Position numbers and translations under genes: made by a program
Part shown: positions 39,362 to 49,433 of the stretch, one piece after another
Position numbering within the stretch: position 1 is the first letter of the stretch
Layout: every line of letters begins with the position of its first letter
Source of the DNA: Prevotellaceae bacterium UBA1746
GTDB lineage: Bacteria > Bacteroidota > Bacteroidia > Bacteroidales > Bacteroidaceae
Reading direction: 5' to 3'
DNA: 64,000 bases
Assembly (NCBI GenBank): GCA_002314875.1
Contig: DCHS01000002.1
Coordinates: 1,115 to 65,114 of the forward strand
The notes under the pieces: generated by a model
Seen by the model: only the letters and a program-made list of their open reading frames with translations
Told to the model about the DNA's origin: nothing
Database searches by the model: none

Positions 39362-40945
39362 ATGTCAAGTACTGCTATATTTACTTCGCTTGTTGTCCTC
39401 GTGCTGCTTATTGCACTGATGAAGGATAAGATGCGTCCGGGCCTGATTCTTTTTTCAGGCGCGGTAGTCTTCCTTGTTTCAGGCATTATCAGTCCTAAAG
39501 AACTCCTTGAAGGTTTTTCCAACAAGGGTATGATTACAGTTGCCCTACTCTTCCTTGTCAGCGAAGGCGTTCGGCGAAGTGGTCTTTTGGAACAACTTCT
39601 TGGAAAACTCCTCCCCAAAGGAAATGCTCCCATCCGCAATGTCCAGACCAGAATGATGCCCGTTGTGGCTGCTCTTTCTGCATTTTTGAACAACACTCCT
39701 ATGGTGGTTATTTTTGGTCCGATGATCAAGCGATGGGCCGACCGCAACCACCAGTCTGCCACAAAATACCTTATTCCGCTTTCCTATGCTACCATCCTCG
39801 GTGGTATGTGTACGCTGATTGGTACCTCCACCAATCTTGTGGTTCACGGTATGGCGCTCGAAGAAGCAGCAACAAACCCTGCAGTGCGCGGACTCTCCAT
39901 GTTTGAACTGGGGCAGGTAGGTGTTTTCATTGCCATTGCCGGACTTATCTACATTATTACGGTCTCCAAATGGCTATTGCCAGAAAAGCGCAAGGCCGAT
40001 GCAAGTCAGGCAGCAGAAAATGCTGAGGACAGCCGATACTATCGCATCGATGTTGTCCTCGGTGCCCGTTTCCCCGCCATCGGACGAAAAATCCGCGATT
40101 TCAATTTCCAGCAAAAATACGGCGCCAATGTCCTTGAACTCCATCGTGGCGGCGAAATACACATTATCAAAGATTTACGAACAGAACGCTATCAGGAAGG
40201 TGATACGCTTGTTCTTCTCGGCGATGACGAATTCATGGACAACTGGGGCGATTCATCTTTCTTCCTCATGGTTGACGCCTCTCGTCCACAAAAAGAGAAG
40301 GACATGGGCAGCAAGAAGAAATGGTTCACGGTCGTTCTCCTTTTCCTGATGATTTTTGGCGCTGCAATCGGTGAACTTCCCGAAATGCGCACATGGGCAG
40401 AAACGAACTACGGCATGAAGTTCGATATGTTCTTCTGGGTTTGCGTAGTTACCGTCATCATGGCGTGGCTGAACATCTTCAATGCCCGCAAATATACGAA
40501 GTATTTCTCTTGGGATGTTCTGATCACCATTGCCATGGCATTTGCCATTTCAAAAGCTATGCAGAACTCCGGTATGGCTGATGCCATTGCCGCTTGGGCT
40601 GTGGATTTAAGCCACGGTAACAGTCCCTACCTCCTCCTTGCATTGGTTTTCATCCTATGTAGTATTTTCACGGAACTGATGACAAATAATGCCGCCGCTG
40701 CATTGATATTCCCGATATCTCTTAGCGTTGCAGAACATCTCGGTGTTAGTCCAATGCCGTTCATCGTGGTCATTTGTATCGCTGCAAGTTGCAGTTTCTG
40801 CACCCCTATCGGCTATCAGACCAACCTCATTGTGCAAGGTCTCGGCGGCTATAAGTTCAGTGACTTTATAAAGATCGGTCTCCCCCTGACGCTTATCTGC
40901 CTCGTCTTAAGCGTTTGGCTCGTTCCTATCTTCTGGCCATTCTAA
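39362..40945 (+). CDS. SLC13/DASS-family permease with TrkA-C domain (putative sulfate transporter)
   Basis: SAFLNNTP, LIGTSTN, TNNAAA, TPIGYQTN motifs. Adjacent to cysQ. Confidence 0.88.
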   Translation: MSSTAIFTSLVVLVLLIALMKDKMRPGLILFSGAVVFLVSGIISPKELLEGFSNKGMITVALLFLVSEGVRRSGLLEQLLGKLLPKGNAPIRNVQTRMMPVVAALSAFLNNTPMVVIFGPMIKRWADRNHQSATKYLIPLSYATILGGMCTLIGTSTNLVVHGMALEEAATNPAVRGLSMFELGQVGVFIAIAGLIYIITVSKWLLPEKRKADASQAAENAEDSRYYRIDVVLGARFPAIGRKIRDFNFQQKYGANVLELHRGGEIHIIKDLRTERYQEGDTLVLLGDDEFMDNWGDSSFFLMVDASRPQKEKDMGSKKKWFTVVLLFLMIFGAAIGELPEMRTWAETNYGMKFDMFFWVCVVTVIMAWLNIFNARKYTKYFSWDVLITIAMAFAISKAMQNSGMADAIAAWAVDLSHGNSPYLLLALVFILCSIFTELMTNNAAAALIFPISLSVAEHLGVSPMPFIVVICIAASCSFCTPIGYQTNLIVQGLGGYKFSDFIKIGLPLTLICLVLSVWLVPIFWPF

Positions 40946-40979
40946 TGGGCCACCTTCAAAAGCAATAAAAACCTCTACT

Positions 40980-43900
40980 ATGAATACACGCAGTTTTCTT
41001 TTGGCACTGACAATGGCTTGTTCTTTACAGAGCATGGGCCAAAGTGTACCGAAGCATGAAATGTATGTAGATTTCGGCTATGTCGGACTACAGAAGATGA
41101 TGGAAGTTCTTCCAACTTGGGACTCCAGTAAAGCCGCCAGCCAGGCGAGTGCACAAGGCAGTTCCTATTACGATGACAACTTTTTTATTTCCCGCGTTCC
41201 TCTGAAGGAGCGTTTCTCCCGTTCGGTTCAGCAGGCGAACACCAGTTTGAACGCCGATGGCGATAACCGTAACGCAAAGAATCTCTGCTGGTGGACCCCC
41301 ATCGGAGAAATGACCAAGAAATGGGGTCCGCTCCCCCGTTGGAATTTCGACGGTGACAACTTCAACATGTGGCAGTACATCAATGTCCACGGAAACTGGT
41401 CCAACTCCTGGTGGCGCGTTCCCGGTTCTTTCAACGATGTCGCTCACAAGAACGGCGTAAAGACCGGCTGTCTCCTCTTTATTGACTGGGGGTCTTCTAT
41501 CACAAATACAGAAGGTAACATCGGTAAATACCTCTATCAGTTGTCATCAATGAGCAACAACAAATATACGTATGCAGAAAAACTCGTCGACTATTTACGC
41601 TATTATGGTATCGATGGTATTGGTTTTAATCCCGAAGGTAGCTGGCAACCTAATTTAGCAAAAATTGTGAAACCCTTCCTTGCGGAATGTCACCGTATCG
41701 CTGAAGAGAAAGGCTGGCCCTTCCATGTGGATTGGTATGCTTATGTAAGTAACACAGGAGCACTGAATGATAACGGCTGTAAACTTACTGATGGCGGTAA
41801 CGACACCTGGTTCCAGGAAAAAAGCACAAATACCCCCGTTACCGATGTCTTTTTCCTCAATTACAACTGGACGGAAGACGGTCTGAGTAAATCAGCGTCC
41901 GCAGCAAAAACCCTCGGCCGTTCACCTTTCGATGTCTATGCCGGTTTCGATCAGCAAGGTCGCGGTTACGGTAAAAACGGAAATGCCGGTTGGGAAGCGC
42001 TGATGAAATACCCCATCAGTGTTGTCGTTTGGGGCGCACACGATCGCAGCCAACTCTACACCGACTGCACGGAAGGCGGTACCTCCGACAAAGCCATTCA
42101 AAGCGAATACCAGACCAAGCAGGAAATGCTCTTCTCTGGCGGTAATCGTAATGTTTTGAAGCGCCCCGCCATCAATACGGGAAATACCACCACAAGTTAT
42201 TCCTCATTGCAAGATTGGCACGGCTATGCCTCTGCCGTCGTTGAACAAAGCACACTTTCCGAAGTTCCCTTTGTTACCCGCTTCAATCTTGGAAACGGTG
42301 CCTTCTTTAATAATGAAGGTGTGACGACGAACGCCCATAAGTGGTACAACATCGGTATGCAAGACCTGCTGCCAACCTGGCGCTGGTGGATTTGTAGCGG
42401 TAATGGTAGCACCAATGCGAGAAAGGTTCCTACAGAACCCATCCAAATGGACTTCAGTTTCGATGACGCATGGTTTGGAGGTTCATGTCTCAAAGCCCAC
42501 GGAAAGAGTTCACGCTCTGATGTTCGTTTGTTTGAAACCAAATGGACGGTGTCTTCTCCGAACGATGAATTCACCATTACCTATAAGCCCACAACGACAT
42601 CAGGAACGATGTATCTTATGGTGAGTAAAGAAGGTTCTGAAGATACTTTTACTTTCGTCAACACCGCTCCTACTTTTGGACAGAAAGTCAATCAGTGGAT
42701 AACCACAAAGATTACCGCCAGTCAGCTACAATTACAAGCCGGCGATAAGGTGGCATGCTTGGGCCTTTCTTTCCGAAATACTCCCGTCGCATATTCCACT
42801 CTTATCGGTGAAATAAGTTTTATTCCTGCTGGATATAACAATACCCCTGCATCACCGAAAATTACCTATACCGAGGTGATGAAGCGCTACTACAATCGCG
42901 CAGATTTCAAGGTAGCCTTCGATATGCCCTACAACGGGCAATATGGCGCACTGAAAGATGGCCGTCCGCTTTATAATGAAGAAGTCGGCACTTGGTATTA
43001 CGAAATCTGGGTGCGTCAGAAAGGCAAGGAAAATCTTGTTGCCACAACAACCTCTTGGGCCCACTATGTGGTTGAGGCTCCGCTTGATCCTGAAACCAAT
43101 AACACAGACGCCACCTTTGCCATCGGTGTTCGTGCCGTAGGTCTTGACGGAAAATCCAAAAGCGCCATCACCTGGAGCAGCGAAATCAAGAAGTCAATGG
43201 ATGTTATCGACCAGATTACCATTGACAAGGAAATCATCAAGCCCAACGAGAACTTTACGATTGGTTTCGAAGATCCCAACCATCAGTCTGCAAGTTTCTA
43301 CATCTATAATTCTGCAGGAACGCTGGTCAAGTCCGCAACGAATGCGCTGACCTTCACCACCAGTCTCCCCAGCATTGGCAGTTATGACGTCAAAGTCGTC
43401 ATTAACGGCGTTGAAGAAATGCACCGTGATATGATTCTTGTTTCAAAAGAGGAAACAGGACGTACTCCGGAAGTTGTCAGCGTAACGACTGACGCTGCTG
43501 AAAATTTTGCAGGCCAGCCCACCAATCTTACCGCAACCATCAACAAGGGCGATACCTACAACGGAAAACCTTGTACGGTAAGCCGTTCGCTCTATATGAC
43601 CGATCCCTACCAGTTCACCGTTGGCGCTGATGTTCTTGGTAGCAATGAATACACCAATGTCACCTATGCTCTTTGGTTTAAGGTAAAGGAATTCAGCCAC
43701 CAGAGTCTCGGTACGCTCCTTATGACCAAGGTTAACCGTAACTACGGCGGTACCTGGACCGAAAGTATCTGGGGAGAAATGTGGACGGCAATTCGTCCGA
43801 AGCACTATTCTGACTACAATAATGCTGACGATGAGATCTCTGTCAATATCCATGGTCCTGTTGCAGGTACTGCCAACTATGAGCACCGCCAGCATGTTGA

Positions 43901-44666
43901 CCTCCTTTCAAACGGATACACCGTTCGTCCAAACACCTGGTACCACGCCTGCGTTGTGGTTTCTGGCAGAAACATTACGCTCTATCTTAACGGAAAAGCC
44001 ATAGCAACAGCAACCAGTACGGGCGCCTCTCCCCACTACTGGAACGGTGCTCCATTCTACGTTGGTGGCTCCATGGAGGACCTTGCTTCCTTCACCGGTT
44101 GGATTGACGAAGTGCAGATTTGGAACAAAGCACTCAGCGCAAGCGAAGTGACCACCGCCATGAACGGATTCTCTACATCGAATATTCCGTCAGGACTTCA
44201 AGGCTATTTCACCTTTGAAGAACAGAAGACCGATGCAGACGGTTATATCTATTTCCCGAATTATGGAAATAAGAAGTCTGCCGTTGCAGGTGGTTACATG
44301 ACAACGAAGGGTTCCAATGGTAACACCAGCATCGATGTCAAGCAGAACAATCTCACCACCGCCGTCGGTACTCCTGCTATTACAGGATCTTTCCCCATCG
44401 TTTATGAAGGAACGGCCTGGGAAGGTGGCACGGTCAGCAGTTCTTCAGACACAAAAGCAACTATGGTCTTCACGCAGGAAGGTGATAATCCCGTTACCGT
44501 CACTGCCACCAACAGTTGGGGTTCTGCCAAGAAAACGGGTACCGCCAGAATGTCTATCCACCACACCATTGCCCGCGTCGCTCAGATTATCGCCAAAGCC
44601 CTCAAGGGTGAAGCCACTATCGAAGACGTCAAGGCAGAGGTCCAGCAGGTACTTAATCAGAAATAA
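40980..44666 (+). CDS. GH85 endo-beta-N-acetylglucosaminidase with LamG-like domain, copy 1 (helical dockerin-like tail)
   Basis: FNMWQYI, AHKNGVK, YYGIDGIGFNPE (catalytic N-x-E), FLNYNW, PFVTRFNLGNG, QDLLPTWRW, and LamG motif GWIDEVQIWN. Confidence 0.85.
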   Translation: MNTRSFLLALTMACSLQSMGQSVPKHEMYVDFGYVGLQKMMEVLPTWDSSKAASQASAQGSSYYDDNFFISRVPLKERFSRSVQQANTSLNADGDNRNAKNLCWWTPIGEMTKKWGPLPRWNFDGDNFNMWQYINVHGNWSNSWWRVPGSFNDVAHKNGVKTGCLLFIDWGSSITNTEGNIGKYLYQLSSMSNNKYTYAEKLVDYLRYYGIDGIGFNPEGSWQPNLAKIVKPFLAECHRIAEEKGWPFHVDWYAYVSNTGALNDNGCKLTDGGNDTWFQEKSTNTPVTDVFFLNYNWTEDGLSKSASAAKTLGRSPFDVYAGFDQQGRGYGKNGNAGWEALMKYPISVVVWGAHDRSQLYTDCTEGGTSDKAIQSEYQTKQEMLFSGGNRNVLKRPAINTGNTTTSYSSLQDWHGYASAVVEQSTLSEVPFVTRFNLGNGAFFNNEGVTTNAHKWYNIGMQDLLPTWRWWICSGNGSTNARKVPTEPIQMDFSFDDAWFGGSCLKAHGKSSRSDVRLFETKWTVSSPNDEFTITYKPTTTSGTMYLMVSKEGSEDTFTFVNTAPTFGQKVNQWITTKITASQLQLQAGDKVACLGLSFRNTPVAYSTLIGEISFIPAGYNNTPASPKITYTEVMKRYYNRADFKVAFDMPYNGQYGALKDGRPLYNEEVGTWYYEIWVRQKGKENLVATTTSWAHYVVEAPLDPETNNTDATFAIGVRAVGLDGKSKSAITWSSEIKKSMDVIDQITIDKEIIKPNENFTIGFEDPNHQSASFYIYNSAGTLVKSATNALTFTTSLPSIGSYDVKVVINGVEEMHRDMILVSKEETGRTPEVVSVTTDAAENFAGQPTNLTATINKGDTYNGKPCTVSRSLYMTDPYQFTVGADVLGSNEYTNVTYALWFKVKEFSHQSLGTLLMTKVNRNYGGTWTESIWGEMWTAIRPKHYSDYNNADDEISVNIHGPVAGTANYEHRQHVDLLSNGYTVRPNTWYHACVVVSGRNITLYLNGKAIATATSTGASPHYWNGAPFYVGGSMEDLASFTGWIDEVQIWNKALSASEVTTAMNGFSTSNIPSGLQGYFTFEEQKTDADGYIYFPNYGNKKSAVAGGYMTTKGSNGNTSIDVKQNNLTTAVGTPAITGSFPIVYEGTAWEGGTVSSSSDTKATMVFTQEGDNPVTVTATNSWGSAKKTGTARMSIHHTIARVAQIIAKALKGEATIEDVKAEVQQVLNQK

Positions 44667-44740
44667 GCCCGAACCGCTTCAATTTATCGCTCGTCGCATT
44701 AACGTCGAGATGATTAGAAATATTCACTTACAATTATATT

Positions 44741-47700
44741 ATGAAACTACGACATTCCTTACTTGCACTCACAGCAAGCTGCGCACTGCAGTCTTTCGCA
44801 CAGAGTGTGCCGACACACGAGATGTATGTCGACTTCGGCTACAAAGGTTTGGAGAAAATGATGGAAGTCCTACCTACCTGGGAACCAGGAAAGGCTTCCG
44901 GACTGGCTTCCGACTCCAAAGATGCGTACACTGATGATAATTTCTTTATCTCTCGTGTACCCATGAAGGAACGCTTTGCCCGCCCCTCTCAGCAGGCAAA
45001 TCCCGATCTCGTTGCCGGAGAAAATGCCAAGAATCTCTGCTGGTGGACTCCCATCGGTGAAATGACCAAGAAATGGGGTCCGCTTCCCCGTTGGAACTTT
45101 GACGGCGACAACTTCAACATGTGGCAGTACATCAATGTCCATGGTAACTGGTCCAACTCCTGGTGGCGTGTTCCCGGCTCTTTCAACGATGTGGCTCATA
45201 AGAACGGTGTCAAGACAGGCTGTCTCCTCTTTATCGACTGGGGAGCATCCATCACCAACACCGAAGGTAACATTGGTAAGTATCTTTACCAACTTTCTTC
45301 AAAGAGTGGTGGCAAATACAAATATGCCGAGAAACTCGTCGATTATCTTCGCTACTATGGTATCGACGGCATCGGCTTCAATCCCGAAGGCTCCTGGCAG
45401 AGTTCTGTTGCCACCAATCTCAAAGGTTTCCTTGCTGAATGTCATCGTATCGCTGAATCAAAAGGTTGGCCTTTCCATGTAGATTGGTATGCTTTCGTCA
45501 GCAATACCGGTGCATTGAATGATAACGGCTGTAAACTCACCGTTGGCGGTAACGATACCTGGTTCCAGGAGAAGAGCAGCGGAACTCCCGTTACTGACGT
45601 TTTCTTCCTGAACTACAACTGGTCAGAAGATGGTTTGAGCAAATCCGTTGCTGCTGCCCAGGAACTCGGTCGTTCATCCTTCGATGTTTATGCTGGTTTC
45701 GATCAGCAGGGCCGTGGTTTCGGTAAGAACGGAAATGCAGGTTGGAAGGCTTTGATGAAATATCCCATCAGCGTTGTTGTCTGGGGTGCTCATGACCGTA
45801 GTCAGCTCTACACCGACTGTACAGAAGGAGGAACTTCTGACAAAGGTATCCAAAGCGAATACCAGACCAAGCAGGAAATGCTTTTCACCGGTGGTACCCG
45901 TAATGTCCTGAATCGCCCCTCTATCACCGACGATGCTACCCGCACCAGTTACAGTTCTCTCAAGAACTGGCACGGCTATGCCTCTGCCGTCCTCGAACAG
46001 AGTACGCTCTCCGAACTTCCCTTCGTTACCCGCTTCAATCTTGGTAACGGTGCCATGTTCAACAACGAAGGTGTAACCACTAATCCCCATAAGTGGTACA
46101 ACATCGGTATGCAGGATCTCCTTCCCACCTGGCGTTGGTGGATTGACAACGGTGATGGCAAAACCGCTGCTTCTGATGCTATCGAAATGGACTTCACCTT
46201 CGACGATGCATGGTTCGGAGGTTCTTGTCTCAAAGCCCATGGTGCAACAAGCCGTTCCGATGTCCGTCTCTTTGAGACCAAGTGGAATGTCACTTCTACG
46301 AATGACGTCTTCAGTATGACCTATAAGCCTGCCACCACTGAAGGTACTATGGAACTTATGGTCAGCAAAGCAGGCAGCGAAAACGATTTCAAGCATGTCT
46401 TCGTTGAACCTGCCAAGGGGGAGAAGGCTGGCGAATGGAATACTGTAAACCTTTCTGCTGAAGATCTTGGTCTCGCTGTAGGTGACGAAGTGGCTTGTAT
46501 CGGTCTTTCTTTCCAGAATACTCCAGCAAACTACTCCACTCTCCTTGGTGAGATGAGCTATGTTCCTGCTGATTTCAACGAAACTCCCGTGGCTCCGGTG
46601 ATTACCCATACCGAGGTCATGAAGCGCTACTACAACCGTACCGATTTCAAGGTAGTCTTCGATGTTCCCTTCTCTGGAACCCGGAAGGAGGAGTACACTG
46701 GCCTTCCTATATATAATGAGGAAGTAGGTGCTTGGTACTATGAAATCTGGCTTCGTCAAGGTGATAACGAAAGACTCGTTGCCACCACTACTTCCTGGGC
46801 TCACTACGTTGTTGAGGCTCCCCTTGAAACCGGCTATGACACTTACGCCATCGGTGTTCGTACCGTTGGCCGTGACGGCAAGACCAAGAGCGAGATTACT
46901 TGGAGCAAGGAACTCGAAAGCCAGTTAAACGTTGTTGAGGACATTACCATTGACAAGGAAGTCATCAAGCCGAACGAAAACTTTACCATCGGTTTCGACG
47001 ACCCAAACCACACCGATGCAGACATCCGTATTCTCGAAACCAAGACGGGAACAGAAAAGGCCAGCGCAAAGGGCGTTCGTCAGTTAACCACCTCTCTCCC
47101 CGCTATTGGTAGCTACGACGTTGAGATAACGACCAACGGTGTGAAGGAAATGCACCGCGATATGATTCTTGTTTCTAAGGAAGAAACCGGTCGCACTCCC
47201 GAAATCGTCAGCGTAACGGCTCCTGAAGGTGCTGTCAGCGTGGGTGAACCTGCAGACTTCAAGGCAGAAATCTCCAAGGGCGATACCTACAACGGTGAAC
47301 CTTGTTCTGTCAGCCGTTCTCTCTACATGAGCGATCCCTACCAGTTTACCGTTGATGCTGCTGTTCTCGGTACCACGGAATACAAGAACGTTTCCTATGC
47401 ACTCTGGTTCAAGGTGAAGGAATTCAGCCACCAGAGTCTCGGAACGCTCCTTATGACCAAGGTTAATCGTAACTACGGTGGAACTTGGACCGAAGATGTA
47501 TGGGGTGAAATGTGGACCGCTATCCGTCCCAAGAACTACGCATCTTATAACAATGCTGACGATGAAATCTCCGTCAACATCCATGGTCCCGTTGCAGGTA
47601 CTGCCAACTACGAACACCGTAAGCATGCCGACGTTCTTACCAACGGCTATACCATTCGTCCGAACACCTGGTATCATATCTGCGTAACTTGCCAAAGCCG

Positions 47701-48403
47701 CACCATTACCGTTTATCTCAACGGTATTGCTATTGCCAAGGGTACCAGTACGGGTGCTGAACCTCACTATTGGAAGGGTGCTCCCTTCTATGTCGGTGGT
47801 TCTATGGAAGACCTTGCTTCTTTCACTGGTTGGATTGACGAAGTTCAAATTTGGAACAAGACACTCACTCCCGATCAGGTTGTAGAAGCAATGAACGGCT
47901 TCGATGCGAATAGTGTTCCCGACGGTCTCCGTGGCTACTTTACCTTTGAAGACCAGCAAACCGACAGCGACGGCTACATCTACTTCCCGAACCTTGGTAA
48001 GCAGAGTGCCTTCGTTCCCGGTGGCTATATGACGACAAAGGGCGAAAAGGGTGCTAATAATAAACAGAACAACCTTACCACTGCACTTGGTACTCCAGCT
48101 CTTACCGGTAGCTTCCCCGTTGTTTACGAAGGAACAACCTGGAACGGCGGTATCGTTCAGAGCAGCACAGACACCTCTGCTTCTCTTATTTTCACGAAAG
48201 AACAGAATACTCTTGAGGTAACAGCCACCAATGGTTGGGGTTCTGTTAAAAAGACGCTTTCTGTCTCTGCTACCATCCCCGAAGGTATCACAACCATCGC
48301 TACTCCTACTGTTCCCTCCACTACCTATGATCTCCAAGGCCGTCGTGTCAATAACGCTTCCCATGGCCTTTACATCATCAATGGCAAGAAGGTGATCAAG
48401 TAA
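44741..48403 (+). CDS. GH85 endo-beta-N-acetylglucosaminidase with LamG-like domain, copy 2 (T9SS CTD)
   Basis: Same motifs as copy 1. C-terminus YDLQGRRV..GLYIINGKKVIK. Confidence 0.85.
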   Translation: MKLRHSLLALTASCALQSFAQSVPTHEMYVDFGYKGLEKMMEVLPTWEPGKASGLASDSKDAYTDDNFFISRVPMKERFARPSQQANPDLVAGENAKNLCWWTPIGEMTKKWGPLPRWNFDGDNFNMWQYINVHGNWSNSWWRVPGSFNDVAHKNGVKTGCLLFIDWGASITNTEGNIGKYLYQLSSKSGGKYKYAEKLVDYLRYYGIDGIGFNPEGSWQSSVATNLKGFLAECHRIAESKGWPFHVDWYAFVSNTGALNDNGCKLTVGGNDTWFQEKSSGTPVTDVFFLNYNWSEDGLSKSVAAAQELGRSSFDVYAGFDQQGRGFGKNGNAGWKALMKYPISVVVWGAHDRSQLYTDCTEGGTSDKGIQSEYQTKQEMLFTGGTRNVLNRPSITDDATRTSYSSLKNWHGYASAVLEQSTLSELPFVTRFNLGNGAMFNNEGVTTNPHKWYNIGMQDLLPTWRWWIDNGDGKTAASDAIEMDFTFDDAWFGGSCLKAHGATSRSDVRLFETKWNVTSTNDVFSMTYKPATTEGTMELMVSKAGSENDFKHVFVEPAKGEKAGEWNTVNLSAEDLGLAVGDEVACIGLSFQNTPANYSTLLGEMSYVPADFNETPVAPVITHTEVMKRYYNRTDFKVVFDVPFSGTRKEEYTGLPIYNEEVGAWYYEIWLRQGDNERLVATTTSWAHYVVEAPLETGYDTYAIGVRTVGRDGKTKSEITWSKELESQLNVVEDITIDKEVIKPNENFTIGFDDPNHTDADIRILETKTGTEKASAKGVRQLTTSLPAIGSYDVEITTNGVKEMHRDMILVSKEETGRTPEIVSVTAPEGAVSVGEPADFKAEISKGDTYNGEPCSVSRSLYMSDPYQFTVDAAVLGTTEYKNVSYALWFKVKEFSHQSLGTLLMTKVNRNYGGTWTEDVWGEMWTAIRPKNYASYNNADDEISVNIHGPVAGTANYEHRKHADVLTNGYTIRPNTWYHICVTCQSRTITVYLNGIAIAKGTSTGAEPHYWKGAPFYVGGSMEDLASFTGWIDEVQIWNKTLTPDQVVEAMNGFDANSVPDGLRGYFTFEDQQTDSDGYIYFPNLGKQSAFVPGGYMTTKGEKGANNKQNNLTTALGTPALTGSFPVVYEGTTWNGGIVQSSTDTSASLIFTKEQNTLEVTATNGWGSVKKTLSVSATIPEGITTIATPTVPSTTYDLQGRRVNNASHGLYIINGKKVIK

Positions 48404-48424
48404 ACTCATCTAATATATATAATT

Positions 48425-48468
48425 ACCTCCCGGCATTTGGAGTCATCCGATGTCGGGAGGTTTTTTAT
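48425..48468 (+). terminator. Intrinsic terminator
   Basis: ACCTCCCGGCAT/ATGTCGGGAGGT stem plus T run. Confidence 0.85.
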
Positions 48469-48573
48469 TGTGAACTTGCGAAATTCGCAACTAAAATAGG
48501 AATAAATTTCTTAACAAAGCGAAAAATAGCAGAAATATTTTAGGAAACTCTTGCATTCGGTTAAGTTTCTTCT

Positions 48574-48581
48574 TACTTTTG
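48574..48581 (+). promoter_or_regulatory. -7 element
   Basis: TACTTTTG upstream of the small ORF at 48654. Confidence 0.65.
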
Positions 48582-48653
48582 CAACATCAAACGAGAGGTA
48601 CTACTTCTCAAAACAAACCAAAAAAACAAACACTTTAATCATTATCAGAAAAA

Positions 48654-48716
48654 ATGACAAAAGAAACAAACCAAATCACTGAACCAGCACGATGTCGCTG
48701 GATTCCCCCACCCTAA
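48654..48716 (+). CDS. Putative 20-aa leader peptide MTKETNQITEPARCRWIPPP
   Basis: Translated by hand, as it is below the ORF-track cutoff. A-rich start context; lies between the promoter and the next gene. Confidence 0.6.
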   Translation: MTKETNQITEPARCRWIPPP

Positions 48717-48744
48717 CATTATTTACATTTAAAAAATTACAACT

Positions 48745-49206
48745 ATGAAGGCTTATTCTTTCAACACCCTTATGAAGGGCATGATGTTCATCAGCATGAT
48801 GGCATTCTCTATCAACGGCTTCAGCGCCTCAGTTAATAAAAACAACAAGTACGGTAAAGGCAATAGCAACACCGTAGTAGTAGTAAACAACAAATCCGAC
48901 TACAACAAGGGCAAAGGCAACAATGCAGGCTATGGTTACGGCAATGACTACAATTACAACAATTATGGCAATGCAGGTAACATCGGCATGGCAGGCGGCA
49001 AGAAGGGCCACAACCACGGTGATCTGAAGTACGGCGACAAGGGCTTCAACGCTAAGTATTTCGAGAAGAACAGCGCTAAGTTCAAGAAGCACCACGACAA
49101 GCATGGCAACACCTACTATTACGACAAGCACAACAAGAAATACTACAATGCCTATGGAAAGGAAGTTATCATCAAGATCGGTGGCATCACCATCATCCTT
49201 AACTAA
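48745..49206 (+). CDS. Secreted low-complexity N/G/K/Y-rich hypothetical protein
   Basis: Signal-like N-terminus, strongly biased codon use, own terminator. Confidence 0.75.
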   Translation: MKAYSFNTLMKGMMFISMMAFSINGFSASVNKNNKYGKGNSNTVVVVNNKSDYNKGKGNNAGYGYGNDYNYNNYGNAGNIGMAGGKKGHNHGDLKYGDKGFNAKYFEKNSAKFKKHHDKHGNTYYYDKHNKKYYNAYGKEVIIKIGGITIILN

Positions 49207-49317
49207 AGATGAGTGTTCGCATCGACATCAAACAAAATACAGTTCATCCATTCCCTCACACAGAAAAAACTATCGCCAATGTAAAATAGAAAAACTATCA
49301 ATACAGAACTGTCGACG

Positions 49318-49353
49318 AGACCTGTCAAACTGAAAAGTTTGGCGGGTCTTTTT
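49318..49353 (+). terminator. Intrinsic terminator
   Basis: AGACCTGTCAAACT/AGTTTGGCGGGTCT stem plus T run. Confidence 0.8.
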
Positions 49354-49433
49354 CGTTTATCTTCTACAAAAAGAAAATGCTCTTTTTGAGCCCTCATATA
49401 ATCTATTCCAGTTTTTATTCTTACCTTTGCAGC

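Noticed and set aside
40946-40979. Invertase target repeats matching 56031-56215
   Set aside because: Only a short AT-rich direct match (CAATAAAAA) was found, with no inverted repeat.
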